From contig JBBISA010000005.1 of assembly GCA_037441525.1 (NCBI GenBank), positions 15,641-79,640 of the forward strand: a stretch of 64,000 nucleotides of DNA, read 5' to 3'. Position 1 is the stretch's first letter; each line of letters opens with the position of its first letter. This DNA comes from Bacteroidota bacterium. GTDB taxonomy: Bacteria; Bacteroidota; Bacteroidia; Bacteroidales; UBA7960. Positions 28,387 through 38,378 of this stretch are shown here, one piece after another. The notes under the pieces were generated by a model. That model was given only the letters and a program-made list of their open reading frames with translations. It did no database searches and was not told the DNA's origin. The position numbers and the translations under genes are program-made.

Positions 28387-29463
28387 TTATTTTGGTTTGG
28401 GTTGAAGGTGCGAAAAATTGATACCATCGGGCTCTCGGCCAGCCTGAAAATGGCCGGTAATTTCCATTTTTTCAAGATCGATAACGCTCACTGCATCCGA
28501 TCGTATATTGGCCACATAGGCGAAACGGTTGTCGGGGACTACAAGGCCAATGGGAATTGATGTACCTTCAAATTCTGCAAAATATCTTTCTGCATCGGTG
28601 TTGGCAGGTACTGGTGGAGTAAGTTTTATTTCGGCAAGTAGTTCCTTTTTGGGTGCATCAAAAACCGCAATTGTGCCTGACCGTGCATTGCTTACCAAAA
28701 ACTTTGAACCATCAGGGGTGAATTTTGCTCTTATGGGGAAATCGGCGCAGGGCAGCAGTGCCAGCACCTCAAGAGATTCGGTATCGAAAATGGTTATGGT
28801 ATTATCGGCGCGATTGGTAACCCATACCTCGGCACCATCAGGACTAACATCAATACCCTCGGCTCCGGCACCGCTGTAAATATGCTTCAGCAGAATACCA
28901 TTCTGCAGGTCGAAAACAGCCACATTCCCAGTGCGGAGGCTGGGTACAAATGCTCGTTCCAATCCCGGAGTAGCGGCTACCATGTGCGAAACATCCTCAC
29001 CTGTGCCCATGGCAAAGATTACTTCGCCGGCCCTTACATCAACCATCAAAAGGCTGTTGCTTCCTTCGGCAGTAACCAGAACATTGTTGGTTCCGGGCAT
29101 CCAATACATCCCGTGGGGTCGGGTATGTTGGCCCAGACTTATTATTTTATGAAGTTTCAGCCTTGCCACATCATAAACAGAAAGTGTGTTCCCCTGATTT
29201 TCGTGGTTTCCGTAATTGCAAACCACAGCAATGCGACCATCGTCAGATACTTCTACCTCGTGGGGTTCGAGCCCGGTGGGTATTACGGCGAGTTTTTCGC
29301 CTGTGGCACGGTCAATAAACCATACATCATTTCCACTTTTGCTGGCAACAATGAGTGTAGCGGAAGGCATTTCTTCGGCTTGATTCCCGGTTGATGGCGA
29401 TTGGCATGATACCACTCCCAAAGCCAATGCTGCCAACATTAACAATACTGCAATCTTGCTCAT
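28387..29463 (-). CDS. YncE/YVTN-type beta-propeller repeat lipoprotein
   Basis: Trimmed to MSKIAVLLMLAALALGVVSC (lipobox); an alternative ATG lies at 29493. Repeating ~40-aa units (xxVxVxDxxxxxxxxxIxxGxxPxGxxxSPDG) are typical of YVTN propellers. Confidence 0.75.
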   Translation of the reverse strand: MSKIAVLLMLAALALGVVSCQSPSTGNQAEEMPSATLIVASKSGNDVWFIDRATGEKLAVIPTGLEPHEVEVSDDGRIAVVCNYGNHENQGNTLSVYDVARLKLHKIISLGQHTRPHGMYWMPGTNNVLVTAEGSNSLLMVDVRAGEVIFAMGTGEDVSHMVAATPGLERAFVPSLRTGNVAVFDLQNGILLKHIYSGAGAEGIDVSPDGAEVWVTNRADNTITIFDTESLEVLALLPCADFPIRAKFTPDGSKFLVSNARSGTIAVFDAPKKELLAEIKLTPPVPANTDAERYFAEFEGTSIPIGLVVPDNRFAYVANIRSDAVSVIDLEKMEITGHFQAGREPDGINFSHLQPKPK

Positions 29464-29541
29464 AACTAAATAATTTACAGGTTTGCTAAACATCTGTAAA
29501 TTTAGTTTTAATTAATGTTTGGCGATGAAAACTTCCGGGAA

Positions 29542-32500
29542 TTATTGGGCTGAGGGGATCATAACTTTAATTGTTTGCCCGGATTCGGTTCTGAAAATAT
29601 ATATCCCCGGTTTTATCCCCGAAACCGAAATACTGCCGCCCCCGGCAACTGATAATATATGCCGGCCGTGTAAATCAAAAAGATTTCCGGTTACTATACG
29701 GTTAAACCGCATTTCATGGTTCTCGACCGGATTGGGGAATACCTGCAAAAATTCAAGGGAGCTATTAATATTCCCTGTACTCACATTGTCAGTTCTTTCA
29801 ATAAAAATATGATTCAACGACAGCATATCCCTTGCCCCGGTTCCTTCACCAGTAAAATAATACACCCACCTTAGTTGCACATAAGCATTGTTGAGTGCAT
29901 CAGCAGGAAGCAAAACATTCTCAAAAATTGTGGAATGGCCAGCTACCGCACCACGCTTGTATTCCTGAATATTTCCGTTGTGCAGTAAGTCCTTCCAGGG
30001 TTCAGAAATTCCCCGCCTGTATTGTAACCTTATTGCATAAACACGTGAATTGAGCCTTTCGGTGGTAGCCTTCCAGTTAATACTAACCTTTTGCACTTCA
30101 CGGGTATCAATGGCTGCAACGGCAGCACCTACATCGCGCCCCCGTCCGGTATTGATAAACGAAATACCATTGTTACCCAGCCCGTTGATGCGTGTGCGGC
30201 TCTGATTGCGATAGGGAAACCCTATATTAGCGATATCGCCTGCAGCATAGTCATCGGCTGGAATTAAATATGCAAAGGACAAAGATGTACTCAATCCGGG
30301 GTCATCAATGTCTGACTGAAGAAACATCATATTGGCCGGAAAACTACCCTCAGGTTCATTGGGGCTCCATGTATCGAATGTAAATGAAGTGTTTTTCAAG
30401 GGTACTACTTGCGGATGTACAAGAACATACAATTTATTTTTTAGGGGTGGATTAATCCCATCGCTAACATCATACTCAAGCCATATCCCACCCTGCTTCA
30501 GAGGTGCCACGACCATATTTCCTGCACTCATACCGGCTGTAGCAACCTGTGGAAGCGAATATCTGAAAGATAACTTTAAAGCTTTGCCATCGGGATGGGC
30601 AAAATATTTATTTACGGAGATTGTATGGGATGACTGACCAGCTACCAGCTCAATTCTTGCAGGCAAAATGGCTGTTTGCACCGGAGGTCTTACCACACCG
30701 GGCATAGCTTCTCCATCGAGGGTAACATTTTCGATCCGGTTATTTCCTGCTAACCCGCCACCCGATAAGGTTTCGTCTTGCACCATTCTTATCCTGATCC
30801 CGAACAATGAATTATTGTCAACGCCCGGAACACCGGCAAAATCAATTACATAAACATCAGGAATATCTGTTACCCTGATGGTATCAACCGGGATAAAAGT
30901 ATTCCCATCAATGGTATAACTAATAAAATGAGTGTTTGCGCCATTGACTGAACGCCTGGTTTCGTATGAAAACAGGATGTTGCGGTAATTGATTGTTGAG
31001 AGATTGAATTTCAGTTCGGCCCCTGCCGGGTTGTTTACCCTCAGATGGGTAAGCGGGTCATCGCCGTTTCGCGAATTATAACCCGTAAACCCCTGACCTT
31101 CACCGGGAACAAGTTCAGACTCATTGGCCCCAACAAACTGAACAGATGCTCCGTGAATTGAATAGCTGGGTTGAAGATAATTATTTTGGTTGAAGTTCCA
31201 GTAATGGATCATGGTGTAGGGTAGCCCCAACTGGCTGTCCATCCAAACCAATCTTTGTTTGAGCCAATTGGTCATCCAGTCAACTTCCTGCTGCCAGGTG
31301 TTGCCCACATACCAATTGGGCCAAACCCATGTGCCCAATGTTTTCCACCGTTGAAAATTGCGCGCTTGCGATTCCTGAAGAGTATTGCGGTACTGATTTA
31401 TCCGCTCCATAAGACGGACATCAGAAAATGCAGTCAGCCTTAAATGACGGTATCTTCGATTGTATGCGGCAGCAAACTTCGGGTCCTGAAACATGCGAAT
31501 ATACCATCCATACATGTATTCTTTCGGGTTTAGTAAGGAATAGTACCACCCCTGAGGTTGCCATCCCTGGTTATAGTTGGCGTTGCCCAACGAAAGGTTA
31601 AAGTCCCAGAGAGGGCCAGCCTTTACTTTCCCCTGCCGGTCTTTATAATAGAAACTGCTGAACCTGAAACCATCAATTTCCTTGCATAATTCGGTAATCA
31701 GATGCATATCGATAAATGACTCGGTGTCGACAAAAGCACGATAACCGTTATTAAGATTGAGAAAGTCTGACCCAAACAGGGCAGTTTCTACCGAATCGAG
31801 TAAGGCTATCAGGTAATTTCGTTGATGAGAAGTGATGGTTTGTTCATTTGGCCTCACATGAGTAAAGAGATTTCCACGTTTAGTGGTAAATCCAACATCG
31901 CCCGGATTCAACCTGTCATAGCTGAATATGTACCCTCCTGAAACTTCGGGGTATTCATTGTGATGTAATTCCAGTTCATCAACATTAAGTCGTCCTTCCG
32001 ATATTTTTATCCTTTCGGTAAGCACATATACCCCGTGGTAGTGTGCGTATTGAAGAGCACCGGTACCGCTGTGGAGAAACAATTCAACAAACCGGGTGCG
32101 GGGCGAATAATGGCCTGCATCGGTACCAATGGCATAAGACATGGCATTGCGCATAAGTGTTTTATCGGAATAAGGCCCATGCAACACCCAGTTGTGATCA
32201 GCAGGCATTTCGAGCAGCGATTCTTTGCGGTTGCGTCCGTCTTCGAATTGCATGTGAAAACCATACCCTTTTTTAGGAAACATTTGCGAGCTTGATCCCC
32301 TGAGGTCTGCAATTACCCTTGTCTGGACAGCAGGTTGTCCTTTGAAGGCAGTCCTGCCAGACTCCTGCGCATTATATAAAGTCAAGAAGGCCGGGGTCTT
32401 ATCGCCAGATGTGATAGGGTTGTTGAATTCGTGCAATATCATTACCGGAAGGTTAGAGGAAAACCCATCCATATTGGCGTGGGCCACAGCATAGGTGTTC

Positions 32501-33744
32501 CCATTTATCTCGCTGGGCAATTTTCCCGGACTAACGGCAATAGCTCTGATATAGGATACTCCTGAAACATTTACCGGCTGGGTATAACGGGTTGATGAAT
32601 TGGGCATCGGCAGCGTTCCGTTTGTGGTATACCATATCACAGCATCAGGATCGGTTGAAGAGATCTGAACCTGAAAAGACTGAGAAAAGATGCCCCCTTC
32701 AGGCAACATAGCAGGTGCCGGAGTTATTTCTTTGTAACCTGCTGTGGAATTAACCTTGCCGGGTGTAGAACGGCCAAAGAAAAACCAGTCGGCTGTATTG
32801 CCTGGTTTGCGTCCAAAAGAAATATTGGTTGGTATAAATGTAAGAGGCATTTCATCGATGAGATTTTGCTGCGGATCGATCAAGAAAACCTGTTCCTGAC
32901 CTGAGCTGATGCTGAAGTTGGTATGCAGCCCTGTGGAAGGGAAGTAACAATGTGCCGCAGACATGGGTGCTTCAATTATTCCATCGGGCAACTGCCAGCG
33001 CACAGCCAGGTTATCTCCTCCCTCCCCTTCTTTCATCAGGGCCGACATGTAGTAAACTTTTCCGGCTTCAAGAAAAACAGATGCAGATGCCTGTTGAGGA
33101 TATTTGAACCACTCCCGCGAATTTGTCCATTCCGGAACTGACGCAATTAGTTTTGCATTTTCGGGCAAACTGTCGGTGCTGAGGAAAAGCTGTGAATTAT
33201 CATCGCCAGCCAGCCAGAACTGGAAATTTCCTGTTTGAGGCGCCCTAAGCCAGGTAAACAAATGCTGACCATAGTTGTCGGCAATATTTACAGGTGCCTC
33301 AAAAAAACCAGTCAGGGTAGTTACCTCAGTGGGGCTATCAGGAAAACTGGGATGGTTAGTAAGGTTGTTTACACTGGTGCCGGTAATATTAGAATAGAAA
33401 AGCCTTCTTATACCATTAACCATTTGCCCATGCTGTGGTTTGCGGTCTTTGCCCGAAGCCCAAACCATCAACACCTCTCCGGGCCGAAGGTAAATCTCAG
33501 GGAATACCCATTTGGCGGGCATTTCAGGATTATCAGACAAAGAGTACCCTTGTAAATTTATTATCTGATCACCGGCATTGAGCAGCTCTATCCAGTCTTC
33601 AAAGGAACCATCGTCATCGGCAATGAAATTCCAGTTAGACGCCATTACCTCATTGATGATGATCTGCCCCCTGACTTGAAGGTTTGCAGAAGATAAAATT
33701 GCAATAACACAAAGCAGCAAATAACGGATTGATTTATTGATCAT
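29542..33744 (-). CDS. Giant T9SS-secreted CotH-kinase-family protein (LTD - PA14 - CHB_HEX_C-like - CotH - Ig-like regions - Por CTD)
   Basis: 1400 aa with a signal peptide. Lamin-tail domain (IIINEVMASN...DWIELLN), PA14 (FWLAGDDNSQLFL...EGEGGDNLAVRW), and a CotH core (YSPRTRFVELFL...GVYVLTERIK...PLWDFNLSLGN). C-terminal FPNPVENHEMRF...IKPGIYIFR is a T9SS CTD. Confidence 0.85.
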   Translation of the reverse strand: MINKSIRYLLLCVIAILSSANLQVRGQIIINEVMASNWNFIADDDGSFEDWIELLNAGDQIINLQGYSLSDNPEMPAKWVFPEIYLRPGEVLMVWASGKDRKPQHGQMVNGIRRLFYSNITGTSVNNLTNHPSFPDSPTEVTTLTGFFEAPVNIADNYGQHLFTWLRAPQTGNFQFWLAGDDNSQLFLSTDSLPENAKLIASVPEWTNSREWFKYPQQASASVFLEAGKVYYMSALMKEGEGGDNLAVRWQLPDGIIEAPMSAAHCYFPSTGLHTNFSISSGQEQVFLIDPQQNLIDEMPLTFIPTNISFGRKPGNTADWFFFGRSTPGKVNSTAGYKEITPAPAMLPEGGIFSQSFQVQISSTDPDAVIWYTTNGTLPMPNSSTRYTQPVNVSGVSYIRAIAVSPGKLPSEINGNTYAVAHANMDGFSSNLPVMILHEFNNPITSGDKTPAFLTLYNAQESGRTAFKGQPAVQTRVIADLRGSSSQMFPKKGYGFHMQFEDGRNRKESLLEMPADHNWVLHGPYSDKTLMRNAMSYAIGTDAGHYSPRTRFVELFLHSGTGALQYAHYHGVYVLTERIKISEGRLNVDELELHHNEYPEVSGGYIFSYDRLNPGDVGFTTKRGNLFTHVRPNEQTITSHQRNYLIALLDSVETALFGSDFLNLNNGYRAFVDTESFIDMHLITELCKEIDGFRFSSFYYKDRQGKVKAGPLWDFNLSLGNANYNQGWQPQGWYYSLLNPKEYMYGWYIRMFQDPKFAAAYNRRYRHLRLTAFSDVRLMERINQYRNTLQESQARNFQRWKTLGTWVWPNWYVGNTWQQEVDWMTNWLKQRLVWMDSQLGLPYTMIHYWNFNQNNYLQPSYSIHGASVQFVGANESELVPGEGQGFTGYNSRNGDDPLTHLRVNNPAGAELKFNLSTINYRNILFSYETRRSVNGANTHFISYTIDGNTFIPVDTIRVTDIPDVYVIDFAGVPGVDNNSLFGIRIRMVQDETLSGGGLAGNNRIENVTLDGEAMPGVVRPPVQTAILPARIELVAGQSSHTISVNKYFAHPDGKALKLSFRYSLPQVATAGMSAGNMVVAPLKQGGIWLEYDVSDGINPPLKNKLYVLVHPQVVPLKNTSFTFDTWSPNEPEGSFPANMMFLQSDIDDPGLSTSLSFAYLIPADDYAAGDIANIGFPYRNQSRTRINGLGNNGISFINTGRGRDVGAAVAAIDTREVQKVSINWKATTERLNSRVYAIRLQYRRGISEPWKDLLHNGNIQEYKRGAVAGHSTIFENVLLPADALNNAYVQLRWVYYFTGEGTGARDMLSLNHIFIERTDNVSTGNINSSLEFLQVFPNPVENHEMRFNRIVTGNLFDLHGRHILSVAGGGSISVSGIKPGIYIFRTESGQTIKVMIPSAQ

Positions 33745-34363
33745 TTTACAGAATTAGTGGTTTAATAAGCGAAATTAGTGAATATGGGATAGATTTGAAT
33801 AAGATTTTGCTGTGTTTATTCTTCAACCGGTTTGCTGAAATTACACAACAAACTAAATAGCAGGCCATTACTTCAAATAACAAGCAAATTAAATACCTAT
33901 TGATTTGTGCCGCATTGTTAATTAAATTATGCAGCCCCAGGATGATAGCAGGATAACAAAAAACCGGTGAGATATTATCTTTACCCGATGCTTGATATAC
34001 CCTTCAATATTGATCTTTTGAATCCGGCCAAAGAAAAGGATAAAGAATATGAAGAATAATTTTTGGGTTTTAACCAGAACATTTCTGATGAAAAGTTATT
34101 TCAGCAAGAGGTTAAAAATTTTTTATTCTAAAAACAGATGCTTGCAATACAATTAGCTGAAGAAAATTTTAATATTCACACACAAATTTTCTTTTTCAAA
34201 AAAGGGCAATCCATCAACCAATATTTATTATTATCTTCGTTGGCTTTTTAAAACAAACGCCCTGTTAAACAACGGTTTCAGCTATTTTGAAGATATAAAA
34301 TCGATAAACCCACAGGTTTAACAGGCAAATCAATACCTATTAGCTTCTATATATACCAACTTC

Positions 34364-35629
34364 ATGCTTGGAATAACAGGAATAAGTTATAAATCGGCCC
34401 CTCTGGAAATAAGGGAAAAATATGCTTTTACTGACGAAGATACTATTGAGTTCTTAAAACAGTTGCAAATTGACCCCGATTTGAAGGGAGCTGTCATTCT
34501 TTCGACCTGTAACCGTATCGAGATTTATTATCACTTTGAAAAGTGCTGTGCCGAAAGGGTTTCAGATGCTATTTTCCGCAATCTTACCTTTTTCAAAAAA
34601 ACCGAACCTGGCCATAAAAGCCATTTCTATACCTATAACGAAGAAGATGCTACTACGCACCTTTTCAGGGTAATATCAGGGCTCGAATCGTTGGTACTTG
34701 GTGAAGACCAGATTGTTACCCAGGTTAAGAACGGTTTCAAAATAAGCCTTGACAATAATTTCAGCAGTTCAATTCTTACCCGGATGTTCAATAAGGCCTT
34801 TGAAGCCGGAAAACGTGTACGCACCGAAACTGCCATAAATCAGGGTTCAGCATCCATAAGCTCAGCTGCAGTTGAATTGCTTGCCAGAGAATGTCCTGAT
34901 CTTCAACAAAAGAAAATATTGCTTATCGGCACCGGTGTAATGGGCGAGCTTGCTGCAGTGAATCTGGTAAAGCGCGAATGTCGGAACCTAACCGTTACCA
35001 ACCGAACCTTTGCCAAGGCTCAGGAACTGGCTGAAAAACATAAGATTACTGCTTTCCCTTTTGAAAACATTCAGGAACACCTGCAGGATGCTGACATAAT
35101 ACTGGTGGCAACAGGTGCTCAGAATCACCTCATTACCCCAGGCATGATTGGTGAATTTGCGCAAAACAGCATCAGGGAACAGATGTACGTTGATATTTCC
35201 GTACCCCGTAATATTTCCACCGATATTCTGCAATTCCCTGGTGTAAAGCTATTTGCAGTTGATGATCTGCAGGAGATAGTAAAGGATACCAAAAACAGGC
35301 GTAATGAAGCTGTGGCCGAAGCCATGGAGATTATTGGTTTTGTGAAACAGGAATTTCATGACTGGCTTTGCGTACTCGACCTAACACCATCCATCAAAAA
35401 AATACAGCAAAGCATGGATGAAGTAAATCAGACTGAACTGGAAGGCTTTTTACGTATCAACGGAATCAGTGATAATGAACTTATTGCCCGCTATGCCGAG
35501 CATATTTCACGTAAATATTCGCGTCTGTTTATCCGCAATCTTAAGCAGGTTACCGACAACGGCAAACATCGCGAATACGTAAATATTGTAAATAAACTCT
35601 TCGACATAACAGAAAATGGCCAATCCTGA
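34364..35629 (+). CDS. hemA: Glutamyl-tRNA reductase
   Basis: 421 aa. TCNRIEIY active-site Cys motif, GEDQIVTQVK, and the NADPH-binding LLIGTGVMGE. Confidence 0.95.
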   Translation: MLGITGISYKSAPLEIREKYAFTDEDTIEFLKQLQIDPDLKGAVILSTCNRIEIYYHFEKCCAERVSDAIFRNLTFFKKTEPGHKSHFYTYNEEDATTHLFRVISGLESLVLGEDQIVTQVKNGFKISLDNNFSSSILTRMFNKAFEAGKRVRTETAINQGSASISSAAVELLARECPDLQQKKILLIGTGVMGELAAVNLVKRECRNLTVTNRTFAKAQELAEKHKITAFPFENIQEHLQDADIILVATGAQNHLITPGMIGEFAQNSIREQMYVDISVPRNISTDILQFPGVKLFAVDDLQEIVKDTKNRRNEAVAEAMEIIGFVKQEFHDWLCVLDLTPSIKKIQQSMDEVNQTELEGFLRINGISDNELIARYAEHISRKYSRLFIRNLKQVTDNGKHREYVNIVNKLFDITENGQS

Positions 35630-36560
35630 CAAGCTTACCATTGGTACCCGGGGCAGCCAGTTGGCTTTATACCAGGCAAACAAGGTTAAGGATGTGCTGG
35701 AGCAAAAATTTCCCCAATTAATTGTAGAGCTTAAAATCATTAAAACCAGGGGCGACAAGATACTCGATGTAGCCCTTTCGAAAATCGGTGACAAAGGACT
35801 CTTCACCAAAGAACTTGAGGTTGAACTAATTTATGGCACCATCGATCTGGCAGTCCATAGTTTAAAGGATCTTCCCACACGTTTCCCCGATGGGCTAATC
35901 CTGGGCGGAGTGCTTCCACGGGGTGAATACCGTGATGCGCTCATTCATATTAACGGAAAAAAATTCAATGAACTCGATGAAACCGATGTTGTAGCCACTT
36001 CGAGCCTTCGAAGGCGTGCACAACTTCTCCTTCATAATCCTGCCCTTAAAATAGTCGACATTAGAGGCAATGTAAACACCCGCCTGCAAAAAATGAAAGA
36101 TGGGCATTGCACTGCCATGATAATGGCGGCAGCCGGCCTTCAGCGACTGGGGTTGGATGAATATATCACCGAAATTCTTCAAGCCGGGCAGTTTATCCCC
36201 GCTGTGAGCCAGGGAGCCATAGCCATACAGATAAGGGAGAATGATGCATATACATCCCGGCTGATTGAGGCAATAAACCATGCCCCAACATTATTGGCTG
36301 CAGAAGCCGAACGCACATTCCTTCGTATGTTGGAGGGAGGTTGCCAGGTGCCCATTGGTTGCTATTCGAGCCTGACGAACGGCCGGTTTTTTATGAAGGG
36401 ATTTGTTTCCAATCTTGATGGTTCGGTGTGGCTGGAACAACAGGTTGACGGGACACCAGAAGAAAGCCAGCTTTCAGCTCAAAAACTTGCACAGGCACTC
36501 ATTGAAAAAGGATCAAAAAAAATCCTTGACGAAATCAGAGATCAAAATAAAACCCATTGA
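35616..36560 (+). CDS. hemC: Hydroxymethylbilane synthase (porphobilinogen deaminase)
   Basis: 314 aa. IGTRGSQLALxQA, HSLKDLPT, RGNVxTRLxK and the cofactor Cys in GGCQVPIG. Overlaps hemA by 14 nt. Confidence 0.95.
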   Translation: MANPDKLTIGTRGSQLALYQANKVKDVLEQKFPQLIVELKIIKTRGDKILDVALSKIGDKGLFTKELEVELIYGTIDLAVHSLKDLPTRFPDGLILGGVLPRGEYRDALIHINGKKFNELDETDVVATSSLRRRAQLLLHNPALKIVDIRGNVNTRLQKMKDGHCTAMIMAAAGLQRLGLDEYITEILQAGQFIPAVSQGAIAIQIRENDAYTSRLIEAINHAPTLLAAEAERTFLRMLEGGCQVPIGCYSSLTNGRFFMKGFVSNLDGSVWLEQQVDGTPEESQLSAQKLAQALIEKGSKKILDEIRDQNKTH

Positions 36561-37318
36561 TGGAAAGCAGGATTGTGATAACCACCCAACCGGCAGACCA
36601 GGCAGGCGAAATGCTTCAACGGCTCAGGGAAGCAGGCTTTCATTCCTTTAACCTGCCCATGATCGAAACCCGGAATCTGTATTTGCCACCCGGTGAGCTG
36701 CAGAAACTTATCACAAGTTTCGACCCCGATTGGCTGGTTTTCACCAGTAAAAATGGAGTCAGGGGATTTTTCGCAAATCTTTCCAATATACATACATCGC
36801 TTTCCTTTATGGCACACAGAAAATTTGCGGTAGTGGGTAAATCGACCAGCCATGAACTCGAAAAACTTGGTTTTACTCCCCACTTTGTGAACCCGGGAAA
36901 TGATGGTCAATCTCTGGCTCAGAATCTATTATCTTTAATAAACCCGGAAAGCAGACTGTTACTTGCCCTGGGTACTTTGGCGCCAAACCTGCTTATAAAC
37001 AAGCTTTCAGAAAAAGCAACTGTCAAAAGGATTGATGTTTACGAAACAGTTGCGGCCAGGGAATTTGATACCGGATTATCGGACATGATCAGAAAGGAGA
37101 CAGTGCAACTGATAATGTTCACATCGCCATCGGGTTTTGACGTTTTCCAGACAATCTTTCCTGATTGCAGAAATATTCCTTTTGGAGCTATTGGCAACAC
37201 TACAGCAGCAGCAATCAGATCAAAAGGGTACAATCCTGCGGTGGTGCCCTGCGAGCCCAATCTGGAAGCGATGGTGAACGCAATAAAAAAATTTTTCGAT
37301 TCTGATCCATTCCATTAA
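36560..37318 (+). CDS. hemD: Uroporphyrinogen-III synthase
   Basis: ~252 aa with a HemD-like two-lobe pattern, positioned between hemC and hemB. The ATG at 36560 overlaps the hemC TGA (TGATG); the track start at 36557 is TTG. Confidence 0.8.
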   Translation: MESRIVITTQPADQAGEMLQRLREAGFHSFNLPMIETRNLYLPPGELQKLITSFDPDWLVFTSKNGVRGFFANLSNIHTSLSFMAHRKFAVVGKSTSHELEKLGFTPHFVNPGNDGQSLAQNLLSLINPESRLLLALGTLAPNLLINKLSEKATVKRIDVYETVAAREFDTGLSDMIRKETVQLIMFTSPSGFDVFQTIFPDCRNIPFGAIGNTTAAAIRSKGYNPAVVPCEPNLEAMVNAIKKFFDSDPFH

Positions 37319-37352
37319 TTTCGTGTATTGAGCCAATAAAAAATCTAACAAT

Positions 37353-38339
37353 ATGTATTTTCCTAACACACGATTGAGAAGACTGCGCGCCAACCCTACC
37401 ATAAGGGCAATGGTGAATGAAACCACCGTTTCGCTTGATAATCTTGTGATGCCCCTTTTTGCATGCACAGGCCAGAACGTAAAAAACCCCATAGGGTCTA
37501 TGCCGGGCAATTATCAGATGTCGGTTGATGTGCTGGTAAAAGAATGTACGGAACTTTTCAGTCTCGGCATTAAATCGGTTTTGCTTTTCGGTATTCCGGC
37601 CACCAAAGATGAGCATGGTCATGTTGCCACAGATGAAAATGCCATTATACCAACATCTATAAGGGCCATAAAAAAGGCCCTGCCAGAAATGTATATTATT
37701 GCCGATGTATGCAACTGCGAGTATACCACCCATGGGCATTGCGGAACCATTGTCAACAACGATGTGGCTAACGATCCAACGCTTAAAACCCTGGCTTCAC
37801 AGGCATTGGCTTTTGCCAGGGCCGGGGTGGATATGGTTGCCCCCAGCGATATGATGGACGGACGGGTGGTGTATATACGTGAATCGCTCGACGAAGAAGG
37901 CTTTACCAATATCCCCATAATGGCTTACTCGGCAAAATTTGCCTCAGCATTTTATGGCCCCTTCAGAGAAGCTGCCGAAAGCGCCCCAAAATTTGGCGAC
38001 CGCAAAACCTACCAGATGAACCCGGCCAACAGCAACGAAGCCATGCGCGAAATTGAACTTGATATTGAGGAAGGGGCCGACATTGTAATGGTAAAACCCG
38101 CCCTTTCCTATCTCGATGTTATTCGCCGGGCAAAAGAGACCTTTAACATTCCTATAGCGGCCTATAATGTAAGTGGTGAATTTTCGATGGTGAAGGCTGC
38201 CGCAGCCAATGGCTGGATAGATGAAGAGCGTATTACACGTGAGATTCTCCTTTCCATACGTCGTGCCGGTGCCGATATTATCCTTACTTATCATGCCAAA
38301 GACATAGCAAAATGGCTGAAGGGAGAAAAAAGTTTTTAA
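37353..38339 (+). CDS. hemB: Porphobilinogen synthase (delta-aminolevulinate dehydratase)
   Basis: 328 aa. RLRRLR N-terminus, Zn-type Cys cluster DVCNCEYTTHGHCG, and active-site Lys motifs (VAPSDMMDGR; MVKPAL). Confidence 0.95.
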   Translation: MYFPNTRLRRLRANPTIRAMVNETTVSLDNLVMPLFACTGQNVKNPIGSMPGNYQMSVDVLVKECTELFSLGIKSVLLFGIPATKDEHGHVATDENAIIPTSIRAIKKALPEMYIIADVCNCEYTTHGHCGTIVNNDVANDPTLKTLASQALAFARAGVDMVAPSDMMDGRVVYIRESLDEEGFTNIPIMAYSAKFASAFYGPFREAAESAPKFGDRKTYQMNPANSNEAMREIELDIEEGADIVMVKPALSYLDVIRRAKETFNIPIAAYNVSGEFSMVKAAAANGWIDEERITREILLSIRRAGADIILTYHAKDIAKWLKGEKSF

Positions 38340-38378
38340 GTTTTGCACCCGATTTATCAATAGAAGAAACCCAGAAAT

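Noticed and set aside
33746-33868. A 40-codon minus-strand ORF (MACYLVCCVISANRLKNKHSKILFKSIPYSLISLIKPLIL) whose TAA ends 1 nt before the CotH ATG; considered as a possible coupled upstream ORF.
   Set aside because: It has no recognisable peptide features and no promoter box I could place upstream. In AT-rich sequence an ORF of this length is expected by chance. Treat it as noise unless ribosome profiling says otherwise.
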